From Ylistrum balloti (lineage: Eukaryota), in assembly GCF_031769215.1 (NCBI RefSeq), contig NW_026782190.1, forward strand, positions 1,736,001 to 1,800,000: DNA of 64,000 nt, read 5' to 3'. The translations under genes were made by a program, and so were the position numbers. This document shows positions 24,553-38,300 of this stretch, in pieces. How positions within the stretch are numbered: position 1 is the stretch's first letter; each line of letters opens with the position of its first letter. Under the pieces are notes generated by a model, which was not told the DNA's origin, ran no database searches, and was given only the letters and a program-made list of their open reading frames with translations.

Positions 24553-25375
24553 ACTGTTGGATCGGGTATCTGAGCGGGGAAGGATAGGTTAATCACTTTA
24601 AACTGTTGGGTCGGGTACCCGCGCGGTGAACGATAAGGTAATCACTTTCAACTGTTAAGTGGGGTGTCCGAGCGGGGAATGGTAGGTTAATCACTTTAAA
24701 CTGTTGGGTCGGGTACCCGCGCGGTGAACGATAGGGTAATCACTTACAACTGTTAAGTGGGGTGTCCGAGCGGGGAACAATAGGTTAATCACTTTAAAAT
24801 CCTGCTGGGTGGGGTTCACGAGCGGGGAATAATAGGTTAATCACTTTAAACTGTTGGGTCGGGTACCCGCGCGGTGAACGATAGGGTAATCACTTACAAC
24901 TGTTAAGTGGGGTGTCCGAGCGGGGAACAATAGGTTAATCACTTTAAAATCCTGCTGGGTGGGGTTCACGAGCGGGGAATGATAGGTTAATCACTTTAAA
25001 CTGTTGGGTCGGGTACCCGCGCGGGGAACGATAGGTTAATCACTTTAAAATCCTGCTGGGTGGGGTTTCCGAGCGGGGAATGATAGGTTAATCACTTTAA
25101 ACTGTTGGGTCGGGTACCCGCGCGGTGAACGATAGGGTAATCACTTACAACTGTTAAGTGTGGTGTCCGAGCGGGGAATGATAGGTTAATCACCACTTTA
25201 AACTGTTGGATCGGGTACCCGCGCGGTGAACGATACGGTAATCACTTTCAACTGTTAAGTGGGGTGTCCGAGCGGGGAACGATAGGTTAATCATATTAAA
25301 ATCCCGCTGGGTGGGGTTTCCGAGCGGGGTACGATAGGGCAAAAACTTTAAACTCCTGCTGGGTGGGGTGTTAGA
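24553..25375. repeat. GC-rich ~49-52-bp minisatellite, copy B (~16 units, ordered variants)
   Basis: Three variant types recur in A-B-C order. Confidence 0.95.
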
Positions 25376-26292
25376 TTGAGTCACTAGTACTTTAAATTAC
25401 TTCAGCATTATGCACTATAAATCTTTTAACTAAAGTAATGGTAAAGATTTTTTAGGGCTTAATGATGATATTTTTTGTTTGAAAAAGTTATAATGCGCTT
25501 TAAAGTCTCATATATTGCTTGTTTGATGACAGCATATATAATATTGAATGATCACCCGTTTAATATCATATTTTTTACGAGTAAAGTATTTTGTTTTAAG
25601 GAAAACCATCTTTTTTACATTTTGAAGGAAAACCAATTGAGAAAAGCCGATTCATACATAGAATTCTGCTTTTCATAAGAGTCCAGTAATTATTATCGCG
25701 CTCTCTGATGGCAGATAATTTGACGTTACGCTTGACAACAAGACATCGCCATTTTGAGTAAGCTGCTTTACGTTTAACTTTACCATTTTTCGCTGTTATC
25801 TGAGTCAGTTACAAAACTATATTATATACCAAATGAGAGAAAAACAGAAATATACAACGTAAATATTGGATATGCATTGGTGTCGGGACAGGAAAATCGG
25901 CAGGCGAATTTCAATGCAGTGATTAGAAAGCATCGCTCTGGTTGTCAAAACAACAAAAGTTATATAATCACTTGAAAAGTTAATGTGATGATATTCTATT
26001 TATCATATCGTCACTGCAATGATGCTGTAAGTGTTTAGCAAGTTGATCAATAGATAATATTTAATGGTTTCCTGTTTAATATAATTAATATTCAACGAGT
26101 ATGAAAGAATATCTATTTCTCAAAAATATTAAGAACGAGTATATTTATATTCAGTAGTGATGCTATAAGTTTGCATCTCATTTGTAAATTCCTACATTTC
26201 AAAAGCAGAAATGTAATAAACGATGCATTTATCATACAATAAAGCTAATAATGCGTTAATGAATGGCATACTGAGAGAAGAACTGTGTTAAC

Positions 26293-26347
26293 CTACCTGA
26301 AAACACCCTATCAGAATAGAAAGTAGCACTACCGCAGTACGCTTCAT
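26293..26347 (-). CDS. Duplicate (alternative) first coding exon of the PAI/PFI-like gene
   Basis: 55 nt identical to 22826-22880 (MKRTAVVLLSILIGCFQV-G); phase-1 donor G|GTTAAC. Confidence 0.7.
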
Positions 26348-26464
26348 GCTGCTTATTCAGTTTTCGTGTGTATTACATGGAGCGCGCCACAGCTCAACTC
26401 AGGTGAGAAATGCGATCAATTTGGCCTTAATACCTTATCTTTCCGATGTAATATACAAATTGTG

Positions 26465-26502
26465 ATTGGCTGACAGTTTCTATAATTTCTATAGTGACGT
26501 AA
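26465..26502 (-). promoter_or_regulatory. Proximal promoter elements of exon 1B: CCAAT box (26465-26469) and CRE/PAR-like TGACGTAA (26495-26502)
   Basis: Motif match only. Confidence 0.35.
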
Positions 26503-27404
26503 TATTCACCGCAGCTTCAGCAGATAGAGAAAAACTATTTTTAAATGTTGATTTATGATTGTTATATATGTGAGTTTATTTATAAGTAAATATCAAATTT
26601 AATGCTGGAAACTCTACATATTAATATGAAGAACACGAATTCTAGTCTTTTCAGATGAATTTTCTAAAAGATATTAATGTAGATATGTGTAAATGATAAC
26701 CAGTATACGCTTCGTAACTGGGCTCATTTCATTGTGTTCTTATGCATATATTTATCAAATGTGGAGATAAATACTTTTTTCATATCTACACTAACACACA
26801 ATATGTTTGAGTAATATTTCGGAACATTCTCTTCAGGTTGGTAATGTCAATAAAATAGAAGTTCTTTCTGCACAACCAGTATCAGATTAAAGTGTAATAT
26901 TTTGATGACTTCACGGCCACCTTCATGACCAAATGACCAGTGTGGAACGTACTAGCACTGACGTACGAAGTGCACGAGATGGTCAGGAATCGACTAATGT
27001 TTACAATTGCACTATAAACCTATGTCAACTAAGGTCGAAAATATTGTGGTCTATAATCTGTATACCATCTCGTCACACTGTTTTCGACTTCAGTATACAT
27101 ATGGTTGTGTAATATGAAATTATATTCTATGTGTTTGTGGAATAACAGGACAGAGCAGATATTAGCGTTTGCATACAAGAACAAAACATCATGGACATTA
27201 GTAAACAGCATTGTTAATTACACGTGAAATTACAAATACAACCATGTTTAAAAAACTCTGACAAAATCCAAAGGTAACAACACTACACTTTGCAATTGGC
27301 ATGAAACGCATGATACAATATCAGCACACTGACGGGAAAATCCAACACAGGGTATACAATCATACTGGGGGGAAAAGACGTCTGCAAACCTGGCCAAATC
27401 GCAA

Positions 27405-27915
27405 AGCAACATCAACAAACAGTAAGTAAACCCCAACACAGCATCAACACAAAGGAATTAAACCACAACACAGGAATTAAACCCCAACACAACATCAACA
27501 CACAGGATTTAAACCCCAACACAACATCAACACACAGAAATTAAACCCCAACACAGCATCAACACACAGGAATTAAACCCCAACACAACATCAACACACA
27601 GGAATTAAACCCCAACACAGCATCAACACACAGGAATTAAACCCCAACACAGCATCAACACACAGGAATTAAACCCCAACACAGCATCAACACACAGGAA
27701 TTAAACCCCAACACAGCATCAACACACAGGAATTACACCCCAACAAAACATCAACACACAGGAATTAAACCCCAACACAGCATCAACACACAGGAATTAA
27801 ACCCCAACACAGCATCAACACACAAAGGAATTAAATTCCAACACAGCATCAACAGATATGAATTAAAGCCAACAAAGCACCAACACCCAGGAATTAAACC
27901 CCAACACAGCATTAA
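27405..27915. repeat. 32-bp AC-rich minisatellite, ~16 copies
   Basis: Period 32 (27601 to 27633). Confidence 0.97.
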
Positions 27916-28399
27916 CACACATGATTTGAATTCTACGCAGCGTCAATACACCTAATTTAAATTCTACGCAACATGCATGACGAAATCCCATAGAGCGGCT
28001 GGGACAAAATACACGAAAATATTACATTTTTAGCAGCAGTAATGCATTATTGTAAATATGTTTGTGTAAGTAAACGTAATCTTACATGCATGTCATGATC
28101 AGCTCACACTTGGACCCATTGTCAAAAGGAACGCAGTTTCTAAATAAAGATTTGTGGGTCTTCAATGTGACAAATCATTACAAAATGTCGAAGAATAAGC
28201 ATTTTTACAAAACATCTCCCTATTTCTGCCGTAAGTTCGTTCGCATTTCTAATATTTACATGAATGACAAATTAAAACGAAGCAAATACAATTTCATTTT
28301 CATCAAGGTTTAGTTCTATTGAAGTAATCACCATTAATGTTGCTTTTCAATATTGTGCTGCTGAAAAAAACACCACCTTTCCATTTCATCGTTTTCTAG

Positions 28400-30911
28400 C
28401 CAGCACAAGTCTTAAACACACTGATACAGGCTACCCAGCACAGGTCCTATACACACTGATAGAGACTACCCAGCACACGTCCTATACACACTGATACAGA
28501 CTACCCAGCACAGATCCTATACACACCGACACAGACTACCCAGCACAGGTCCTATACACACCGATACAGACTACCCAGCACACGTCCTATACACACTGAT
28601 ACAGACTACCCAGCACAGATCCTATACACACCAATACAGACTACCCAGCACACGTCCTATACACACTGATACAGACTATCCAGCACACGCCCTTTACACA
28701 CCGACACAGACTACACAGCACAGGTCTTATACACACTGATACAGACTACCCAGCACAGGTCCTTACACAACGATACTGACTACCGAGCACACGTCTTATA
28801 CACACCGATACAAACCACCCAATACACGTCTTCTACACATCGATACAAATTACCCAGCACAGGTCCTATACACACTGATACAGGCTACCCAGCACAGGTC
28901 CTATACACACTGATAGAGACTACCCAGCACACGTCCTATACACACTGATACAGACTACCCAGCACAGATCCTATACACACCGACACAGACTACCCAGCAC
29001 AGGTCCTATACACACCGATACAGACTACCCAGCACACGTCCTATACACACTGATACAGACTACCCAGCACAGATCCTATACACACCAATACAGACTACCC
29101 AGCACACGTCCTATACACACTGATACAGACTACCCAGCACAGATCCTATACACACCGATACAGACTATCCAGCACACGCCCTTTACACACCGACACAGAC
29201 TACACAGCACAGGTCTTATACACACTGATACAGACTACCCAGCACAGGTCCTTACACACCGATACTGACTACCGAGCATACGTCTTATACACACCGATAC
29301 AGACCACCCAGCACACGTCTTCTACACATCGATACAAATTACCCAGCACAGGTCCTATACACACTTATACAGACTACCCAGCACAGGTCCTATACACAAT
29401 GATACAGACTACCCAGCACAGGTCATATACACACCGATACAGACTACACAGCACAGGTCCTATACACACTTATACAGACTACCCAGCACACGTCCTATAC
29501 ACACCAATACAGACTACCCAGCACAGGTCCTATTCACATCGATACAGACTACACAGCACAGGTCCTATACACACTGATACAGACTACCCAGCACAGGTCC
29601 TATACACACTGATACAGACTACCCAGCACAGGTCCTATACACACTGATACAGACTACCCAGCACAGGTCCTATACACACTGATACAGACTACCCAGCACA
29701 GGTCCTATACACACCGATACAGACTACCGAGCATACGTCTTATACACACCGATACAGACTACCCAGCACAGGTCCTATACACACTGATACAGACTACAAA
29801 GCACACGTCCTATACACAATGATACAGACTACCAAATACAGGTCCTATACACAATGATACAGACTACTCAGCACCCGTCCTATACACAGCGATACAGACT
29901 ACCCAGCACAGGTCCTATACACACTGATACAGACTACACAGCACACGTCCTATTCACATCGATACAGACTACCCAGCACAGGTCCTATACACACTGATAC
30001 AGACTACAAAGCACACGTCCTATACACAATGATACAGACTACACAACACACGTCCTATTCACATCGATACAGACTACCCAGCACAGGTCCTATACACACT
30101 GATACAGACTACAAAGCACACGTCCTATACACAATGATACAGACTACCAAATACAGGTCCTATACACAATGATACAGACTACTCAGCACAGGTCCTATAC
30201 ACACCGATACAGACTACCCAGCACACGTCCTATACACAGCGATACAGACTACCCAGCACAGGTCCTATACACACTGATACAGACTACCCAGCACAGGTCC
30301 TATACACAATGATACAGACTACCCAGCACAGGTCCTATACACACTGATACAGACTACCCAGCACAGGTCCTATACACACCGATACAGACTACCCAGCACA
30401 GGTCCTATACACACTGATACAGACTACCCAGCACAGGTCCTATATACACTGATACAGACTACCCAGCACAGGTCCTATACACACCGATACAGACTACCCA
30501 GCACACGTCCTATACACAGCGATACAGACTACCCAGCACAGGTCCTATACACACTGATACAGACTACCCAGTACAGGTCCTATATACACTGATACAGACT
30601 ACACAGCACACGTCCTATTCACATCGATACAGACTACCCAGTACAGGTCCTATATACACTGATACAGACTATCCAGCACAGGTCCTATACACACCGAAAC
30701 AGACTACACAGCACACGTCCTATTCACATCGATACAGACTACCCAGTACAGGTCCTATATACACTGATACAGACTATCCAGCACAGGTCCTATACACACC
30801 GAAACAGACTACACAGCACACGTCCTATTCACATCGATACAGACTACCCAGCACAGGTCGTATACACACTGATACAGACTACCCAGCGTAGGTCCTTACA
30901 CACCGATACAG
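28400..30911. repeat. 35-bp minisatellite, ~72 copies (AGACTACCCAGCACAGGTCCTATACACACTGATAC)
   Basis: Period 35 (29581 to 29616). Confidence 0.99.
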
Positions 30912-32398
30912 CCACTTAATGTACATCTTCCTTCACACTAATTTGTATTTTGGATTATACACATATTTCTTGACATTACATGACAGGAAAAAGCTAACAT
31001 TAAGTGACATAGTTATGATACAAAAGTTTTTATTCAATTTAAAGGAAATCCATACAGTTATGTCTGCTGCAGCTAGATTTTTGAAAACTATCGTAATAAA
31101 ATGCATGTTAATTTTCATAATTTAAAAACATATTCACTGAATGTTCTGTCAGCCTTTCCATGATAACATAGATACATTGTAAGTAGATGTCGTTTTTAAC
31201 CATATTTGGTTTACTTAACTATTCATTATCAGTTAGTCAATCGCCGAGAATGGAATTCATCCCGTTGTCATCGCCGACACCGATAGGAAAAAACAATAGT
31301 GATTGATAGTATTATCCAGATATTACGCAGCCCTTAACTTTTTTGCAATGGTGTTCATGATAAAATAAATTTGGGAGCAAAGATACGAGTTGTTGTACAG
31401 TTGTACTGGGACTCTGAACAGAATGGTAGAGTATTTGACAATCACACGAGAGTATACAATGTTTCATGTAAAAAAATACAAGTATGTAAAAGTATCAGGT
31501 TTTTGTTTTGATATTAATGAAATATGAATTTTAATCTATAAATGACTAACCTATTCTTTGTATTCAGGTTATGAGAGAGCGTTTTCTTGACCGAAGAGGA
31601 CTCGGATATACCTCAGAAATAGACTGTCGACGAAAAAATCTCATTAGAATATCTTAAGACGGCCAGGATTTGGAAAATATGAATTTTGCTTCTTGCACAG
31701 ACCATTATGCCTCATTTAGGTCAAAAAAGATTGACTTCAAATGATTGTAGACGTAAAGAAAATGTATCAGTATTTCACAATGTATCTATTTCTTTTCTTA
31801 CAAAAGCTGGTATACGAAATTATATTGTTACGAACTGCGAACCAAATAGTCGTGAGCCTGGAATTTAAATGTGTACCGAGGGGTATAGGCTGAGCACGTT
31901 AGATTTTTTATACAATTATAAATATATTATTGAGTCAGGAGAACTAACTCTTGTGAACATTATACATATCTTAGGACTTAGGGAGAATACATTTCTATAT
32001 TATATTATTTTAATATAGATAAATGGATCCACTTCAATCATAAAAATAAGTAATTTCTCTTGTAATTTTGGAATGCTTTTTTCAGTTTGTAAATATTTCT
32101 TTTCATATTTTTGTAGTTTTAACATGTTTGTAATGTTATTATATCTTTATGTATTGTTAATTTGGCAGTGTGTCCTGAAAAATAAAATTGTTGACATAAT
32201 GACACTAACTTTGTGTTGTATTCGATATGTTCTTAATATCCTTGAAGACAATGAAAAAAATCGTATATAACGTACAGTCCAATCCAATCTTCAATATATC
32301 ATAGAAACTCATAAATATCCATAGAAGAAGTTTTTTGTGTTTTTATTTTATACCATTACAAAAGAAACGTAGATATATGTGATGATAATTAACATGGT

Positions 32399-35300
32399 TC
32401 ACACAATATTGCTGAAGGTGGACAGGGCTAACATCGTAACAGCGTATGTGTACGGCTCTGAGGACCAGAACGGAAAGTATCTATTCTGATTGTTAAATCC
32501 AGGGAAGTCGATAGGAGATCTCATTGTAGCCTCTTCTTGTTTGTACCAGGTTTCATTCGGAACCCCTTGCATTCCTCGGATGGTAGCAGAATGGTAATGA
32601 TGATCTGGAAGAACCTTGGTCCCATTGAAATATTCATGCCGATTCGCTGGATACTCTGACCAAGACGTCTAAGAAACGGAAGAAAAATAAAAGATAATAT
32701 GCTATTTATTTACACATATTTATTTTAATCCAACTTCAGTGAAGATCTAGGATCCTTGTTATGAAATATTCACTTAAAATGAAGAAAAAACAGTGAATAA
32801 TGCATGTAAAAGGTATGACTGATTACATATACATCATGCCTCAATAGATGAAAATTTATTTTATTTCAAACGATGAGAAAAAAATTGTCCTGAACCTTCC
32901 TTTCAAAACTCCATGGTACTATAACAAAAAACGACAACGCCCATCATATTATAGTATCAGTTTTAAGGGATTTTTTTTATTTCTTTATATATGTTGATGA
33001 TACAGTTGATACTGTAATTAAGTGAGATAATATTTTTTCTGGTGATACACCCTGAAGTGAAATTATTGTAAAAAATAACAATATTGAAATAGCTGTAAAA
33101 CACAATAACAAAATAACAACATTGAAAAAGCTGTAACAAATAATAACAATATAGAAATATTCTGACATACACACTAGAACAAATACAATTATATTAATAG
33201 TCTACACCACTTACCCCTGATCCTTTGACGGAGCCAGAAAAGAAAGCATTCCAAGGTTTATACTCTCCAGACAATATGTACGTATCCAGGAACTTCACAG
33301 CACGTGTTACGACGTCTTTAACCTCTTTTGGCGTAGCTGAAAAGAAACTTTATGATATGAAGAGAGTACCTAGTTGCAACAATGTTCCATTACATACCCA
33401 TAAATGATGTTAATTTATTTGGAAAACGGTATTAATTATTACTTTGTAGCCAGATTACTCAGTAACTTGTATGTCTGATTACGATAACTAAGGTGTGTGA
33501 CGTCAGTAACCAACGACGTTAATTTCAACAATGACATTGCAAAGGTCATGAGACGTGATAAAGGAACACTGATTATCACCACTTCATGTATTTGAATCTC
33601 GCTTTTAATTATATTATGTTATGTTTTGTGTAACAAAGCATTTATAAGTCTGACTATCTTTGTAGTGTACATTCATCGACTAATTACCTTGATATCTAAT
33701 GAAAACATAAAGAATAGGACAGTTTACCATGTACCAGAATGATGAAATTGTTGATTTCAGTTATAAAGTTTTGAACTCGGCCTTTCTTAATTGTTAAAAC
33801 CTGCTTAAAATTAAAATATTAAAACTAATCTGATAATCAGTGTCACTGACGTAATGTTTTGAGATATGACTCAAATAATGATGGACGAAAGTACAGTAGC
33901 GGGCTATCATCGTGGTAAGTAAGTTTAAGGTTTAATTATATAGATAAATGTCTGTCTGTGTTTAAATTACAATGAAGAACTTTCATGCCCGGATTCAAAC
34001 AGGGAATACCGTCTTTGACTTAACTGTGTGAGTGTTTGCACCTATAGATACACCACATATATAATATCAGTGGAACGATCTGGACTACCAATGTATCGTA
34101 GATGTTAAAATGTTATAAAACGAAACTTAAGATATTCAACTTTGTCGTCTAATGCTCCTCAGCACCTCAGCCACTTAAACTCACTCTGGTTCCAGATCAA
34201 TGTTCCTGATTTTTCCTCAAAAGATGTCCAGATTGTTATGAGTGCATTCGCGGCCATTGCTGTTGTAAACAAGCGGTCCTCGCCGTATTTCTGTGAAGGA
34301 AGATTATATATAATACAGAAAATGTAGATTTATCGAAGAGAGGAATGGATTTTAACGACAATTGTAACAAAAGTCAATTTAACGTTAAAACGTTACTGTA
34401 AATATAGGGTAGCTACATGACAGCACTAAAGTAACCCATATAGTTTACAAGGATTTAAAACATTTCCAAATAACTTTATGCATCCTCCAAGAATGATGTG
34501 AATGAATATGGTCAACCGTATGATGACTTTTAATGCATTTTGCAAACATATTTATACATAGTCATAATGGTGACACACATGAAAAATGCAGTATGGCATT
34601 ATTCATATAAGATGGGGAAAACAGTACAAGATTTGTTAGAAATATGTAAATGTATAATCATCATTGATGAAAAGCATGAGTAGGTGTTGTCAAACTCCGC
34701 CACTAAACCAAAATGTGAAGTATCGTACCCACACAGTTTTAAAGAATTTAGACTATTTCCAAATAGTTTTATCAAATACAGTCGGCACTGACCAACAGAA
34801 GTTGCCGTTGTCAGTATAATCATATCGTTGTCCAATTTTGGCAGGAAAATTATCTATAACCGATGGTTTCTTCTTGACGAAGAAAACAAGAAAGTTGATA
34901 TGGTTGTCAATTTACATTTAGATCGTTCAAGAGAGATTCGGCCGTTTGATTGGTCCTTGGCGCTTCTATAGATATATGTGTGCCACGTTTAAATTCACAG
35001 GAATAGTGAACACGGTTCAGAAAATACACAGGTACTTGACCCTATTCTAAAATTATCTGGTGTATGGAAATTACGAAATTAATACGACTATGGGGCTGCT
35101 GCACCTCCCCGTCTAGATTTTGACTTTCCTTTTGATCATTTTGTATTTTCTTTAGTCGCCTCCTAGGCTTCAAATTCTAGGCCCTTAGCACTACTGACGA
35201 GTCCTAGAAGGATGCTACTGTATCTCGCTCTAAATTATGAAAAGGTGTTATTCACTTGTGTGTCTTTGTACAATCACATAGAAGAGTGCTTTATAATGTA

Positions 35301-38300
35301 GTTTCTTGATTGAAATATTTATAGGACAAAGCTCAGACAATACTATCCATACTATATCTTTTTATGTCATCCTTATGAAATTGCTTTTCTGAACGTTTTG
35401 AGAGGCAATTGTGAGAGACTTCGTTGGGTTATGTCAACCTTTTAACAATCGTCAAAATTGATTGTCAATACGAATACAATTTGGGTGACATAGAATTAAA
35501 ATAGCGTGGTCTCTTTTATCCCAGTGCAGCATACATCTGATAACACAACTATCGCTTGAATGCCGATTTTTCCATCACATTTTGTTGGACAGAAGTTATG
35601 GTATTCATTGACTCCAGTCTGATGTGTATTTTCGATAGAACGTCAGAAAAATTTGGATTATTTTTCCCCACAGTTGTAGTCAAATGGACAATAAATACAA
35701 TCTGAAGATTACTAAGAAGTTATATATAGCAATGTACGAAATGGTGTTTACTTGTACATCTATTTATAGGAAATGTTTCCCGCAAATAACTTCTTTCTGA
35801 ATGATTGACGTTAAGCTACAAAGAATGCTTACTTATGCGGATTGCATTGCGTTTAAATAACGTAGATCAACATGACGCCAGACTGACGTCATAGTATTGC
35901 CTGTTGATTTAGAACGTATCTACACAACCTTAAATAGAATACGGATTAAATGTTAGTTAACTGGAAGCCATGATGCAAAATCAATTTTCAGTCTTAATGT
36001 GTATGTTTTAAATAACCTAGTAATGTACAAACCACTGGTTTGCCGTCAGCGTCGATATCCCCATCTCCGAGAAAATCATCATAATACACCATATCAGTTC
36101 CTTGTGGTATAGCTTCCTTAAGCATTATTGTTGTAGCGTTGTTTCTCAGTACGTCTCCGAGAATATCCATCGCCGCTTTCATTGTCTGTAAAACGAAAGG
36201 AAATAAATGTCATATCGAATTTGATAATACACCAGTACATTTGTAAGTGTTGGAAATGATGACGTTGAAAGAAATCTTGATTATCTAAAACTTTTTGAAA
36301 CTATTCATAGGGTCACATATATATAGTGATAATGTCCTTATTTCAAACTTGTTAGTGTGCCTTAGGCCTCCCATAAGTTGCATAAGAACTTAAATATCAT
36401 GTAATTGTTTGCCTATAAACTGTTGAATCCAATATTCTAAACTGCCTTTTCCCTATAAAAATTGAATTCATGCATATTTTCACGGGAAAGCAAACGTCAT
36501 TATATCTTAGCATTGATGACTTCCAAGGAAACACTCCTTAAAATATTCACTGATAATTAATTATAGATATTTACGTGATGACAAAGACCATTACAGATAT
36601 TTAGATGATAGTGAAGACCGTTATAGGTATTTAAATGATAGAGGAGACCGTTATAGATATTTAAATGATAGTGAAGACCGTTAGAGATATTTAAATGATT
36701 GTGAAGACCGTTACAGATATTTAAATGATAGTGAAGACCGTTATAGATATTTAAATGATAGTGAAAATCGTTAGAGATATTTAAATGATAGTGAAGATCG
36801 TTATAGACATTTAAATGATAGTGAAGATAGTTAAAGATATTTAAATGAATGTGAAGCCCGTTATACATATTTAAATGATAGTGAAGCCCGTTATACATAT
36901 TTAAATAATAGTGAAGACCGTTATAGGTATTTAAATGATAGAGGAGACCGTTATAGATATTTAAATGATAGTGAAGATCGATATAGACATTTAAATGATA
37001 GTGAAAACCGTTATAGATATTTAAATGAATGTGAAGACCGTTATATATATTTTCCTGTTGATGAAGACTGTTACAGATACTCACGTGGTGAGGAAGACCA
37101 TTATATGTGTATCGTCTTTGAAGCTGACTGTATGTTCTGGCCACGAACCAATAAAACTCTATAGCTGATGGATAGTAGGTCAGTGCTAGGTCAGGACGGC
37201 TAGAGAAGTTGGTGTTGATCTGAAAGGCTATCATCGATGTCGTGTTCAGGTAGATTTGCTAGAAGTTTGAAGAAAACAAAACAAATTCTGAATATCGTGC
37301 GTTTCATTAATTGAAAACAACATGTCCTTCTCTCGAGTATACCACCGCTGGACAAGTTTGTGTTGCTAGATATGTCAGGAAGGGGTTATTTCATTTAACA
37401 CCCTTGCGCTCATACGAAATCTAACAAAATTCCATTCAAATGAAAGTGTAACATCCTTACAGTATTTGTTGGTGTCATGAAAGGTGACATAAATGAAAAT
37501 TATCAATAACATAAACTTAGATTGCTATTATTTCAACATATTCAATTGTGACACGTATTTTTCATGACATGTCACCTGCATTTCCGGGTCCTCCAGGACC
37601 TCCGCCGTGACAAGACCCGTAAGTATACTGTTGGTGATACCGAATAAGGCGTTGGCCGCTACGGTTATGTCAACGTTGTTTACGTTACCCGGGGTAACCA
37701 CGCCCGTGTAGTATTGGGTCTTTATATCCTCCAGATCTTGTACCTGAAGTTAGTATACAAATAAATCTCATCTTCAACGTTCAAAGTACAATAAAAGCAA
37801 CAATGTACATCTTTTTTATTGTTCTTTGGCAATTCTGATTACATCAAATTATAAATGGAATAATATCTTGGAGAAATATCTCCCCATATATATTGCGAGG
37901 TGTTATCTGATATCATAACTCAGATCACAACTGCTAAGATTTATCACATTAAGTGATACAAAGTAATCAACCGCTAGAAGTAAGCTGCTGTAAGTTCAAA
38001 AGTGTGGCGTCTCGAAAACTTCGAAAATTGACACACCAGAAAGGGCCCCGCAATGAGTTATGTTCAAACTTTTAGAAGGGCACATAGATTAAGACGTAAT
38101 GATTATATACTTCGAATGAAAACAATATTTCATAAACCAAAATATCATTAACCTTGATGGGAAATTACATACATGTGAATTGGTATCCAAATTATGTGAA
38201 CTGGTTGTGACAAATTTAGCTTTACACAAACGTATTTCCATTACAGTAATAGTAACATTGCCTGTCGACCTCAGGATCTTTCTTCGAGGAAGCACTGGAT

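Larger units (their letters stand above)
21470..27915. repeat. Tandem duplication (~3.5 kb offset) of promoter, exon 1 and flanking minisatellites; junction near 24552
   Basis: 21880-24390 aligns to 25340-27400 by eye; ATGs at 22880 and 26347; ~460 bp (about 23054-23515) present only in copy A. Confidence 0.95.
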
